Assembly: GCA_015680685.1 (NCBI GenBank)
Contig: MNCI01002704.1
Location: 50,701-114,700 of the forward strand
DNA: 64,000 nucleotides
DNA from: Gnetum montanum
Lineage: Eukaryota; Plantae; Gnetophyta
Direction of reading: 5' to 3'
Shown here: positions 37,707 to 50,780 of the stretch, in pieces
How positions within the stretch are numbered: position 1 is the stretch's first letter
Layout: the number at the start of each line of letters is the position of its first letter
Position numbers and translations under genes: made by a program
The notes under the pieces: model-generated
What the model was told of the DNA's origin: nothing
The model's database searches: none
Seen by the model: only the letters and a program-made list of their open reading frames with translations

Positions 37707-40700
37707 GGTTCTACTGAAGCTAGTCCTCATCATGGTGGAGGTTTTTGGCATTCTATGTTGTATCGACTAGTCCATGATCCTCACCCCCTGCCTAACATGG
37801 AACTAGAGAAGGGGTTACTGTGGTTTTGCCCAACGGCAAGGGACTTTCTTGCCTACCCTCTTTAGAATTGTAGTGTGATGATGTGGTCACACTTATCTAA
37901 GGAGATGGTTGTGGTCATAGTGAAGATCCTGCTACCTAGGTCTATGCATTTGGTTACTCAGTTCATAATTGATTATCCAAAGACTCGAGTAGTAGGAGAG
38001 CTGGTAGGTAACATTAGTGCATGGTACCTCTGAGACATCTGGATGATGTTAGAGTATTCACATTACAACATGAATAATACTTTTATGGTGGTGCAAAGAA
38101 ACCACACTTTATTCCAGAATTCTCTAGGCACCGTGTATCAATTACAAGGGTAAGCATGACTATTATAGGTTTTAATTTTTTGGCCATATCTAATTTATTT
38201 TTCTCTCCCAAGTTTTTAGTTTCACACATATTTTTCAGGTATAAGATTAATGAGCAAGGTTTGATCAAGAAAGATCAAACCTTGGCATTAGTTCACACTA
38301 TGAATGAATTCACCAAAGTTCCCTAAGATTGGACATGATGTTTTTTAATAGCTAAGAGGGAACTTTGATGAATATCCCACCAAATTTGACCTTGTTTACA
38401 AGAGGTGTGTGGTTGTCAAAATAGCACACAGCTAGTGGGTGGCTTCCAAGGCTATTAGAGATATGGGTATTACTACTGAGAGCCTTACACAAGCTTTGTC
38501 AAGTAAAAAGAAGAAGGCCAAGAAAAGGAATGGTGTTCTATGTTATAACTAAGGTTTTATGGCTATTTATGTGTTTAGTATTCTATGGTCTAAACCTAGT
38601 TGTACTAATGCTAAGAATTTATCTTTGTCTTCTAAGTCCTTCCACTTCTATTGATGTCACTATATCCCTCACTAGATGTTTTGTAGAACCTCTCATCCTA
38701 AATTTTGGTAAGGTGGGACTAGCACGAATGGTTTGTAGGTGCCTGAAAATATTAAGGAAAACATCATGCATGCAAGTTTGTTTGAGGCCTTTATGGTGCC
38801 TATCCTTGTCACCCTTTTTGCGAAGATCCTAAACATCATCAACTCCTTTGTCAAAGGAGTTGATGTATTCTACACCATGATGAAAGCCATGTCAATTAGC
38901 ATTACCATTATAGAGGCCAGCTATTGTGACTTGTTTGGTGTTCCTAATGATAGGATAATAGTTGCTACCAAACTAATGAATGAGGTCATCCATCATGTAG
39001 AAGTTTAGTGTTTTGGTGCTAGCAAAGGCCACTCCAGATTTACTCTTAATAGCTTCATGAACTCTAACGCAAGGGGGTCTTATGCCTTGTTCAGGTGTTA
39101 GGCCTTTTCTAAGTTGTTTTTGCAAAATAAGGTGGTTGACATTGTGTAAGGATGGATTCTCAAGGAGGTCTTGATGCAGGGGTGTCATTTCCACTCTGCT
39201 ACTTCCTTGGCTATGGGCCTCAAAGAGGAAATCCTCAAACTCCATGTAGACTCCTCCACGGTAGTCCACATGCACGATGCATTTTTCTGGTCATCTAAAG
39301 AGGTTTGTGGAATTCTTGGTGGTGAAGAGGAGTAGGTCCTAGATGTGCTAGGATCCAAAACAACTCTCCAAGACTTGGATAAAGCATATTCATCAAAATA
39401 TGGAGGCTCAAAACATAGCAGAGAACATGGAAGATTCACTATTTGTGATCACCAATAATCTTGATGCTAGTCAATGTGAATCGCCTAACAACATGGGGAA
39501 GGCACCTCTTACATTCCCAAAAACCATCAAGAGGGCCCAATGGTTACATGTTTAGTTTGAAATGGCCAATTGAGGAAGCACCACAAGTAGTACAGCCACC
39601 CTCTAGAAAAAGGATTGTCTTCAAGATCCCATCCTTAGAATAGGTACTCACATTTATGCTCTAACTATGCTCTCAATGTTTTTGGCTATGTTATGTTCTA
39701 TGGCTATATGTGCTAACTTGTCTAATGAGTTATGTCTATTGGTTAGTGGTGGAAGTTGGTAGCCCAAGCTACCACTAGGGAAGAAGAATAAAGATAAGCA
39801 GAGGAGGCACATAGATGTGTAGAGGAGGAGGAGTGGAGGCATATAGCTATCATAGTAGAGAAGGAATAGAGGCATGTAGAGGAGGCACACTTGTAGCAAG
39901 ATATAGAGGGTCTTGATGCCTTGTTTAGTGAGCCAATTCTTGGGGATCCTCTGATTAAAATCCCCAATGATGATGATGAGTATGAGAATCAATGTATGCC
40001 TATGTTTTACTCATTATTTCCTATGGTTTTGTGTTTGGTTTTTAAGTTCTTACTTATCTAATGATTGTTATGATTATTGTAGTTCTTGAGCCACTATCAA
40101 AGGCCTTTACTTCCATGTTTTGCATGAAACCATGGGTAGAGGTCTTGAATAAGATAAATGCATAGGATGGTAAAGGACATCATTAGTTGGTTGCAATAAG
40201 TTGCATTCAAGATTGTTAAGAACTATGTTTTTCTATGTCTTAGTTGTTTTTGCTACAAGTTATAATTTCTGTTACAACTATCTTAGGCTGTATATCATGT
40301 TTATGATTATATTTTTGTTGTTTTTTTTAGTGTCATTAGTTACATGGGACCCAACCCAAGACATGGAGTTTGACTTCTTACCTAAGCTTCCTCCTAGCAC
40401 CTCACTTGTCCCCCTGAATTTGTATGAAACTTCCATTGATCTAGTGGTTTCATGAACCAAAGCTCTAGGAAGATGCAGATTTCCAATGAATCCCTATGGA
40501 AATAGGTTATGGCCTTAAAGGAGGAAGACAAAAGGGGATTTGAGAGGATCTAGGATCTTAAGGAATGTAAGGGCTTTGTTATGGATCATTGAAATTAGGA
40601 GGGGGAGAGGGGAATGAATAAGTTTCACAAATTAAAACTTAAAGATACAAAGAACACATACCAAATTTAATGTGCTTCCCCAACTTGGGTAGCCACAATT

Positions 40701-42570
40701 AGAGGGTAGATCAAAAGAACATCTCTAGACTTTCTTGCCCTCAAAATGTGGTTGAATGGTCCACACCCTGTATAGTCTTTAAGCCTTGCTCTAGAGTGTT
40801 TTACCACAACACCAATCATTGAACCTTATAAGGTCCCATCAGGCTTGAAAATGTGATTTCAAGGCTTCTAAAACCTTTACAATCTTGAGCTATGCACTAG
40901 AGTGTTATAATACAACACTAGCAACTCAATCCCATAGGATCCCAACAAGTTGAAGCACATCAACCCTGTAGGGAAATAAGAACAAGAATTACAAGGGATA
41001 ATTACAACTCAGTTTGCTAATCCTTGTACAATTAGGTAAATCACACTTTATAATGCCAAAATTATAAGATAATAAAGAGAAATAGAGAATTAAATGATTA
41101 CAAATGATTGTATAGTGAATACAATAGGGCTTGCATAATTCCCAATGCACATCAAATCTTCTTATTACTTTCATGTTTCTAAATCTATCTTGGAACTTGT
41201 GTAACAGCTAGCCAATGGTCACTAACAGTCATGGAAGATGTCTTCTTCATGCCTAAGATGTTTCTCTAAATTTACCTTCAATTATGAAAAGATGTCTTTC
41301 TAAAGCCTCCATTTTGGAAAACATATTTGTCCTATGAAAGACATCTTTCTAGTATTGACCTTCATTTAGTGAAGACATCTTTCTCTAATCAAGACATCTT
41401 TGCCTAGAGAAGGACATCTATTGTTTCTTGAACATGTAATTGCCTAAGATTACTCTAATTCTACCAAAATGTCTATTGTTTCCCAGAGATGTCTTTCTTT
41501 CACATTCTTTTATGTTTCGAATTTATCACTCCTTGTTCATAGCCTTGATCTTTTGATTGCTTTGATGATGATAACTTTTCTTGTATAGTATCTGGTCCTT
41601 ATCCACATTTCATAAATACTTTTTTGAAGATCATGTGGGTGACCTTCTCTTTTTAGCTCTAAATAGTTCATTTCTTATCCTCTTCTGCTCATCTTGGTTT
41701 CCTGTGCATGTAGTCCTAAAAGCACAATAATCATACAACCATGCAAACAACCTTGGACTCCATTTTACATAACATTTTGATAGATACCAAAACACACTAA
41801 AGGATCCACATTTGTAAAGACCCATGTGGAGAACTTAGAGGCCTTACTAACTACAGAGATCACATGGGCCAAGTACTAGGGTATAATCCATGATAAAGTT
41901 TCCCTTTTTTTGGAGTCACATAAGCAATAGATGCAAATGGACTTGGTATCCAAAAATGCATACGATTGGAAATTGGAGTGGGGTAAGACACAAAAGGATC
42001 ACAAGTGCAAGTATGATGTCGATCAAGAGGCATACCTAAAGTGGCTAAAGAGGAAGACAATTGAATAATAGAAGAGAGAATTTTTTATCTAGGGCATTTA
42101 GGCTGAGAGTGTTTTCAAACTATTTGAAAGCACTCTAATTATGGTTGAGTCTCCTACTTACAAAAATTACTACAGCTACAAATGAGGTTTCTATAATTAC
42201 AATCTTATGAGAGTTGCCATCATAGATAGGTGTAGATAGGACCAACATCTTCATGAGCATTAATTTTGGTAACATTAACTGGGAAAATATGATGGAAGAC
42301 TAGATTCTCCAACGTTTGGAGACTAGCCTTCACCATCTTTCCCAAGACTTTACAAAGTTAGATTCTCCATAGGTTTGATGACATTTATGTTTTATGTTTT
42401 AATTTTTTGTTTTGCATGGTTTATGTCATGGTTTTGGTTATGCTTATTAATAATTGGTTGTGTGTTGTTATGTCATAGGCACCTTATGATGTTGGTGGCC
42501 CCAATGGTGTAGAAGATGATGCACCGCCTTCTTCCCGTCTAGATGTCCCCATGGCATCATTAGATGCATG
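37707..42570 (+). pseudogene. Decayed antisense extra ORF/gene of the Tat element (N-terminal part reminiscent of gypsy-associated Transposase_28-like eORFs, C-terminal coiled coil)
   Basis: Long frames broken mainly by TAG/TAA/TGA that revert to CAG/CAA/CGA, e.g. SHIFFRYKINEQGL..DWT.CFL and SLWK*VMALKEEDKRGFERI*DLKECKGFV|KTHVENLEALL. The latter frame is continuous across the 40580-41810 insertion. Acceptor-like sites at 37706 and 42478. Family assignment is by eye only. Confidence 0.5.
40580..41810 (-). mobile_element. Solo LTR, Copia/Sirevirus-like, nested in the Tat element
   Basis: TSD TTTGT at 40575-40579 and 41811-41815. Terminal inverted match t(a/g)tggatc..gatccaca. gagggggag..tgaata motif near one end and an AGACATCT cluster. 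Confidence 0.8.
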
Positions 42571-43399
42571 ATGTGATAGACTTCATTGATGACTTTTAGT
42601 TTTTCTTCATTTTATTTTTGAAATTGTATGGCCTATGCTAGTTAATACTTGAGTCGTAGACATTTTAACATTTATGCTTCATGGGTTTCACATTTATGCC
42701 ACATAGTGTGGCCATGACTATATTATTTTATTTTAAGATGTTTTAAATTTTAAGTTTTAGTTTTAGTTTTTCCTATGTATGTTGTTGGTTACGTTAGTGT
42801 TTCAAGGTTTTAAAGTTATAAATGTTGAAAATAACTATGTGGAGAATGGCTACATTGGCTATGTTGGAAATTGTTAGGCTATAATATTATGAACAACCAT
42901 AAGATAAGGGTTACTTGCTAGTTTTAAGCCATAGTGGGCTGTGATGCCATTTTGAAGTCATAGTGGACTACAATAAAGTATTAGTAGATTGTGATGCCAA
43001 TTTAAGGCCTCAGCAAGCTATAGGTTTGTTAGTTTTAGGCCGTGGAGGACCTATGGTATGAAAGGAAACTTATATTTTTGCAATTTTCTATTTTAAAATT
43101 TTTATGGATTTCTCCAGTTCTGAAATTTTTATAAGATTTTTTGATCTTTACAACATGCATAAAAGCAAAGAAAAAGAAAGGCTGTAATAAATAAATTAAA
43201 ATGCAAATGAAAGTAGAAAATTAGGATATATGGAAAAAGAGTAAAATAAAGTACATAAAAAAAGGCATAACAAGTTAACAAAGACATGTTAGGCTACATG
43301 GCTATCGGTGCATCACATTATAAGGGCATGGGATGGAAGGGTTAGGATGTACTTTACATATGTAGACTATTCATATCTTTGAAAGATTAAGAAATGATT

Positions 43400-46300
43400 A
43401 AGGTCTATTTTTCACAAGTGTGTATTCAAAATCATCTTAACTAATGGTATTAAATAGAAGTTCATCCCATAACGCATCCCATTGGCCATTGTTATCATTC
43501 TTGGTTTGTGCTCTCTCTTGGGTTGTAGGATTCTATGGCTGGGAACTTCTTCTTGAAGCACCACTTTGGATCCTTACTCTATGTCGACATTGTTAATAGC
43601 TAGGGGCACTACATTATCAACATGAATGATGATCTCACCCCTCTCATAAGAAAGTTAAATCTCTTGGTGGATGGGTGAGGACATGACTCGTAATTGAGCC
43701 AACCAAGATCTTCATAGTATAAGGTTAAATGTAGGCATCTCGTCCACTACTAAGAAATATAGGGTTATGGGGGATTACTTCCCTATAACAAGATCCAAGG
43801 AGATGAACCCATTGATAACAACCCCTAATCTATTAAAAGGCTTGAGAGTGGTTGTTAATGTATGTTGTATATGCTCCATCAGGCCTAACCATTCAATGAT
43901 GATGTATAGGATAACATTAGTTGTAGCCCCATAATCTACATGCATCTTAAATTTCCCCATGCATATGGTTATGAATAGATAAGTCCTAGTTACTTTACAA
44001 TTTAGGAATTGGCCTTAATTTCACTATTTCAAAATACTAGGGATGTTAACTTTTTCTCCCTTGGTAAAGGAAGAATCATCACGACACAGATGGATTCCTC
44101 ATTTGTGGCAATGTCCTTACTAATAGGAATGGAAGTCAACATCTTGACTAATGCCTCATGATGTGTTCCACAAGTCATGATCAGGTCATACAAGCTCAAA
44201 TTTGTGTTTTTCTACTTGAGGAACTATTTGACCTAATCCATTACATTGAGGAAGTTCTTGTCATTGGCCATGGGATTGTCATCCTAGTTGTACTTCAGTT
44301 CCTCCATGCATCCAAAATGCAAACTTTGGCCTTAGGTTATTGTTACTAGGGCTTCTCCTCATTCTTTTGGCTATGGATTTTAGCATCCTCCTATGGCTTG
44401 TTCGTTAAAGCAAGTTAGGTTGAGGAGATCATGGATATAGCTAATATGGAAGTGAGCTTTGGCAGGCTCACTTTCTTTCATGCCTCAGTCTACTTGTCAT
44501 CCTTATCATTATGCCTTTGCTTATGCTTCTTTATCTTCTTTGTTGAAGGATTTTAGTTGTTAATTGTTGGTTATGAGAAAGATGCTATATCATTGGCCAT
44601 CATAGAAGGTTGTTGGATGAATATGTTAGTTGGTTAGGATATAGTTGGTTAGGTTACAATGGGCTGGGGTACCATGATGTCAAAAGGTTTTCTTGGAGGC
44701 ACTCATGATGGTACTCTCAAAATAGAGGAGAATCATGTGCTGGTGAAACCTAAAGAAGCCCTTTTATCATGATAGGGTACATGAATCATGAATGGTTCCC
44801 TCATAGGTGTATGATTGTTATCTATGTTGATTGTCGATATGATGTATGTAACATTTGTGACATTCAATGTCTCCTTGTGCACTTGCATTGATTGGTTTTG
44901 TGGTTAGAAAAGGTTAGATGCATCTAGAACTAGTTGTTCTCTATCTCATATTCTACAGGTCATCCTTTAGTGCAAGGTAGAAGTTTGTATCATGATCAAG
45001 TAGTTGGTGATAGTGATAAAAGTGGTCTAACTTAAAGTATTTAGGTAGCTGTTGGTCATCTTTTATTACTCTAGTAGGATCTTTGGCTATTTCACAAAGC
45101 CTATCATGCTTCTTTCAGGAAGATTTGGTCATCTATTTGTATTGAATGCATTCACTTTTCAACAATTGGTATAATAGCTTAGATGGTTTTGATGGTAGCC
45201 AAGTGTAGTTGATCCTGTCCTTCCTTTTCAAAATTGGATTTGATTATTGTTAATGTAGTGGCCCTAGAGGTTGAAGGCTGGTTATCATGGTTATTATTAG
45301 TGGGGATCTTGGGTGGGTTGGTCCTTGCTCCTTGGTTAGTAGTTTTGGTCTCTTTGGTCATTGTTGCTATGGCCACATTTTTATGTTTTCTCTTCTCCTT
45401 GTCCCTCTACATGTGTTGATGTTTGTATGCTATATAGGCTACACCATGACTTGCCTCTGTAACATCCTCTATATTCTTGGTCTAGGAGAATTCTTAGCTA
45501 AGGAATCATGAGTCAAGGTAGTAAAGTTTGGACTTGAGAAAGTCATTAACCACCCTCTTAAATATAGTCAAAAGGTGAATTTTGGCTATGGGATCTAGTA
45601 TTTTTTTTAGGAGTTCATTCCACCATTGGATGAACTTTTCTATAGGCTTAAGGGATACCTACTTGACCTTTATTAGTTGGTCAAGTATGTTATCAAGTTT
45701 TAAGTTATACTTGAAGTGGTTAACAAACTCGGCTATCAAGTCCTCAAGAGAGGATATGGATCCTATAGGTAAGGCATGGTACAAATCAAGTGCTTTCACA
45801 ATAAAGGACATACGGAAAATCCTCATGATAGTATGAGGCCATGGCTATAACAACAAGCACTTAGATCTGAAGATTATAAGATGAGAATTAGGATCACCTT
45901 CTCCATTATACTTATTGAATTGGAAAATAGGGACACCAAGAGGTAATGTCAAGGGTGGAACCATAGGACTGATGGGATCATCCTGGGAAAAATTCATGAT
46001 CTTGACACTTTGGGAAGTAGAGGCTTTGAGCCTCTTTAACTCTTCCATTGGGTCTTAGATTATTTAGAAGGCCTAATCTAGGCCTTGTGGTGGTCTTGTT
46101 GGTTGTGTGGCTTGCACATACATTTGGGATGTTTGTTCTGAGGCTTATGGTCTCACTATTGGTTGTAGGATGGATGGAACTAGTTGCATTATGGTTGTAG
46201 TTTGTGGACGAAACAAGGAAAAATATGTTTGTGCTAGTATCTACAACACAAATAGGACAAAGGAGGTATGTAATCCATGAGTTGCTTGGTGCCCCATGGT

Positions 46301-46780
46301 GGACCCCACATGGGTGGTTAGTGGGTTGTGGTGAAAACCATCATCAATGGCCACACAAATTAGGGCTTAGTAGCAAAAGACCTTGATAGGTTATAAGTTG
46401 TAGGTTGTGACATTAATTGGGTTTGATGGGTGGTTATGATTGGTGTGGGATCAACTATAGTAAGGTAGGAGAGGGTAGAAGATGGTGACACTAGGCCCAT
46501 GGAGAAAAAAAATGTATTAGAGGAAGGAATTATGGCTTTGGGGGATGCTTTTTGGAAAAACCTTCTAGGATGTTTTCAAGCTCATATTTTACCCCAAACT
46601 CATCCTCTTCTTCCCATCATTCCTCTGAGCTATGCTTTTCATCCTCCTCCTCAATCTCAATCAATTGAGCTAGGATACTAGCATAGATATTGTTGAGGGA
46701 TATTTGGTCATACGAGGAAGGGATATATTCCTTTCCTTTTGGATTCTTCTTCTAGATGTAGAATTAGCATGCCAATCTAC
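43400..46780 (-). pseudogene. gag: gag and aspartic protease remnant of the Tat element
   Basis: FNKYNGEGDPNSHL (45845-46048), a decayed knuckle FYHYHQLLDHDTNFY (~45000), protease MHVDYGATTNVI and FNLIL*RSWL (~43700-43960). Confidence 0.8.
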
Positions 46781-47109
46781 ATTTTGGCACAAATGTAGTT
46801 GCAACAATCTTAATTTATGGTTGAAAATTCTAGAATTTTCCTCCTAACCTTGAAAGATTTCCTATACTTGATGATAGTAGGATCTTTGGGATCGTGGACC
46901 CTCATGGCTTGTTGGATAGACCCTTTGTTAGTAAGGGTGAAAGGAAATTTGATAGATTGTGAGAAAGACATGACTATTTTATCGAAAATGTCTTGAGAGT
47001 GGCTATAAAAAAGTGAAGTTAGGATCAAATTCTAGCAAGTGAAATTTGAAAAGGATCAAATGAAGTAAAAAATTGCTAAAAACAATGTACTTATTATAAA
47101 TAGTAAGTG

Positions 47110-47560
47110 GGGGTAACGGGGATATATCCCTTTACCAAAAAAATGGAAAGGTGAAAAGGTGGTAGAAAACTTTACCAACATTGGCTTCCTAGTTGTCACA
47201 CCCCTAGATGTGGTAGGGGAAAATGAGGGGTAAGATAGGGGGATCTCATACCTTCCAAAATTAACATTATTGAAAGGAGGATGAAAGCTATTAGAAAGGT
47301 GAAGAAAAAAAATGCAAATTTTCACAAGTGGAATTTTCAAAGAGTTTAAATTTGATGAAAAGAAGCAAACATGGCCAAAAATAGATCACTTACTATTAGT
47401 AAGTAGAGGCCAAAGGGAGATGCACCCTTTTTGCTAGAAATAGAAAGCTAAGAATATTGACACCAAGATTCAAACATGCTAGCCTCCTATTTGTCACACC
47501 CTTGGGTGTGATACGGGAAAAGAGGTGGTGAGATGAGGGGACATTACATCTTCTAAAACC
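47110..47560. repeat. Diverged ~300-bp-period duplication in the Tat 5' leader
   Basis: cctagttgtcacacccctagatgtggtagggga (~47190) versus cctatttgtcacacccttgggtgtgatacggga (~47487), with matching flanks. Confidence 0.6.
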
Positions 47561-47567
47561 AATGTTC

Positions 47568-47569
<2 letters not shown>

Positions 47570-47610
<41 letters not shown>
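47570..47610 (+). repeat. (GA)n microsatellite ending at an N
   Basis: About 20 GA units. Confidence 0.95.
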
Positions 47611-49164
47611 NGAAGCTTGAATCTTTCTCAAAATGGTTTTGGTAAGCTGACAAATTCCACAACAAGGAAGGGGGTAAAGTATTTTTGGTTGGTGTTAAAC
47701 CAATGTTGGTTTTTCTATGGAAATGGTAACAAGCGATGGAACATTTGCATGCAGGTGATCAATGTTGATGTTGGTTTTGGAATTCATAATAGCTACTTTG
47801 GAAACTCAATGCCCAACCAGCTACAACTTTCATGTTGGAGTTTTTTTCATAGGGGGTGAGGGGTAGTGTTGTTTGCCAAGGGAATTTAAGGTATCTACAA
47901 CAAAAATCAAAATATTTTAAAGAGCAAGAAACATTGACAATGAGGGAGATAGATTTGGTCATAGAAATCTTGTGGAGGCCTTCCTTCTAGTGCCAAGAAA
48001 TTATTTCAAAAAAAAATCTTGGTTGCTAAAACACTAAGGATTGTCAACCACAAGCATCCTCAACATCAAATCCCTAGGGCCTTTGAAAAGAAATGGGATT
48101 CAAGGTATCCTAGATGGTCCAATAGATCACCAATGGACTTAGGGGTGCAAAACAAGGATGTAAAAATATGAAAATTTATAGATCTAAAACCCAAAATGAA
48201 CATAATTTGCACACAAATTGAAACTATAAAATTTATTAATTAAACAAAAATGGGTTTAGGAATGTGTACAAAAGTGCTCATAAGAGAGTAAAGGGGGGTT
48301 CACTTGGGTAGGGGCTCGAAGTCCATTGAAGAAGATAGAATCTACTCCATGATTTGGATGCTTAGTCACTCCTAATGTTTTCAAACCTTCTTTGATACTG
48401 CTCCAAATCTACAACTTGGGTAACTATTGGGGTTGAGAAATGTAAAGGATGAAGGCTATCAAGATGCTCCACATTGAGGTTTAGGAATCCTAGGATGGTA
48501 ATGTTGACACTCTAGGCTTACAAATCACAAGGGGGGTAACATGGATAATAAGGCTACAATGGTTCCATGATGACAAGCCCCAAGAGGTTGTGTTTCTACT
48601 AAGAAGTAAGAGCTCTTGAATGCTAAATACTCAAAGTATGAAAAATGCCAAGTTTGTGGAATTGCAAAAGTATGAAACCTTAAAACAATGTTAGGGTTTA
48701 GTTTTTATAGGGTTTTGGCCATGATTTGAGTTGCAAATTGGATGCAAATGGCTGACAAATTGGCTACCAAATTACTACAAATTGCTACCATGTTTAGTGG
48801 GTAGGTGAGATCCACCCCCATGCATCCACACTAGCTAACCCCTCCACATTGGCTTTGATGTCTCATAGCTAGCTTAACCCCCGTTTAAAGGTTTGTTAGC
48901 ATAGAAAGTATATACAGCCCATCAAAATTCCATTTTTGGCATTCCAAAAGGCATTTCAACTCTCTCAATCCTAAACATAAATACTAGGTGACTATTTTCA
49001 CTTGGGGTATGAGGCATTTTTTAGCCCCAAAAGTATGAAATATGTGAGATTTCCCCTCATGGATTACAAACTTCACATTTACAATGATATTTTTTCTCAG
49101 GTTTCATGGGATGGGGTTACAAGGGTTAGAATATGAAAATTTGATTGTATTTCATTTAGCAATG

Positions 49165-50780
49165 CCTTCATCTTCTTCTCTTTGCTTCTAGGATTATTAA
49201 TTTTTTAAGCTACATAACCTAGAGTCGATGGTATAGGAATCTCCTAAGGATAAGAAAAAGCATGAAATATTTCTTTAGCATTGAAAAACTAGGTAGTGAA
49301 TTATTTTTGTTTGGTGTTAAATGCTATCATTATTTTTTTTATTATATGGTAGTTTACCATCCTCTTGGCTAAGTTCTCCATGACTAGTTATTGATCTTTG
49401 AATTTAGTTTTAAGAACCTGAAGCTTTAGATTAGTAATCTCAAGATTCTTCTATCTCCATGTGAAACTTAAACTTACCCTTATATAGAAGTTATGAACTA
49501 TCCACTTGCTTTTCTAGCTCTAACCTTGATGTCCTAGTATAGAGCATTATTAGATTGACATATCAAAGATTGAGAAGCTTTATGTATTTTTTTCATCTCC
49601 TTAATCTACAACTCCTTCATGCATATTTCTACCTTATTATATGAATTAAGTTCATAAAAGATGAGCTATCATTCATCATCTTGAAGTTGGATTTCTTGGA
49701 GGACATCATTCATTTTTACCTTGGGTAACTAGATCTCATTCTCATTTAATTCCTTAAGCATACCAACTTAGTTCTTGTAATGATTTTTAAATTTTTTACA
49801 TTTTAGAACATAATTTTTCTAGGTGGTGATATTGATTATTAATTTCTTCTAATGGCATCCACCTCCTCTGATGAGTCATGTTTTGGTAGGGCTCTGATAT
49901 CAAATATTCAATATTGTGCTGACCGAAATCGTCGGTGCGGGGCTGGAATGTTGCGGGCACCGAAAGATCCGCGGGTAAGCGCAATTGACCCTGCCTCCGC
50001 TTGAGGGCAAGCTGGAGTGGACGAAGGCANTCCTTCATCTTCTTCTCTTTGCTTCTAGGATCATTAATTGTTTAAGATACATAACCTAAAGTGGATGGTA
50101 TAGGCATCTCCTAAGGATAAGACAAAGCATGAAATATTTCTTTAGCATTGAAAAACTAGGTAGTGAATTATTTTTGTTTGGTGTTAAATGCTATCATTAT
50201 GTTTTTTGGTGTACAGTAGTTTACCATCCTCTTGGCTAAGTTCTCCATGACTAGTTATTGATATTTGAATTTAGTTTTAAAACCCTAAATATTTAGATTA
50301 GTAATCTCTAGATTCTTCTATCTCCATGTGAAACTTAAACTTACCCTTATATAGAAGTTATTAACTAGCCACTTGCTTTTCTAGGGCTAACCTTGATGTC
50401 CTAGTACAGAGTATTATTAGATTGACATATCGAATATTGAGAAGCTTTATGTATTTTTTCATCTCCTTAATCTACAACTTCTTCATGCATATTTCTACCT
50501 TATTATATGAATTAAGTTCATCAAAGATGAGCTATCATTCATCACCTTGAAGTTGGATTTTTTGGAGGACATCATTCATTTTTACCTTGGCTAGCTAGAT
50601 CTCATTCTCATTTAATTCCTTAAGCATACCAACTTAGTTCTTGTAATGATTTTTAGATTTTTTAGATTTTAGAACATCATTTTTCTAGGTGGTGATCTTG
50701 GTTATTAATTTCTTCTAATGGCATCCACCTCCTTTGATGAGTCATGTTTTGGTAGGGCTCCGATATTGGATATTCAATAT
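49165..50780 (+). repeat. ~750-bp near-identical direct duplication (49165-49914 / 50032-50780) separated by a GC-rich island and one N
   Basis: Colinear copies that differ only by scattered substitutions. Confidence 0.9.

Larger units (their letters stand above)
25859..49154 (-). mobile_element. 23.3-kb Tat-type Ty3/gypsy LTR retrotransposon; 5' LTR 49154-48002, 3' LTR 27068-25859
   Basis: Two diverged ~1.2-kb direct repeats; TSD TTTAG at 25854-25858 and 49155-49159. PBS tggcactagaaggaagg on minus (~47978-47994) resembles the complement of the plant tRNA-Asn 3' end. PPT aaagaggggtcaa (27069-27081). Domain order gag-PR-RT-RH-aRH-INT. The host reading frame KEKKMKALL|NTIKYLEK continues across the insertion. 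Confidence 0.9.
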
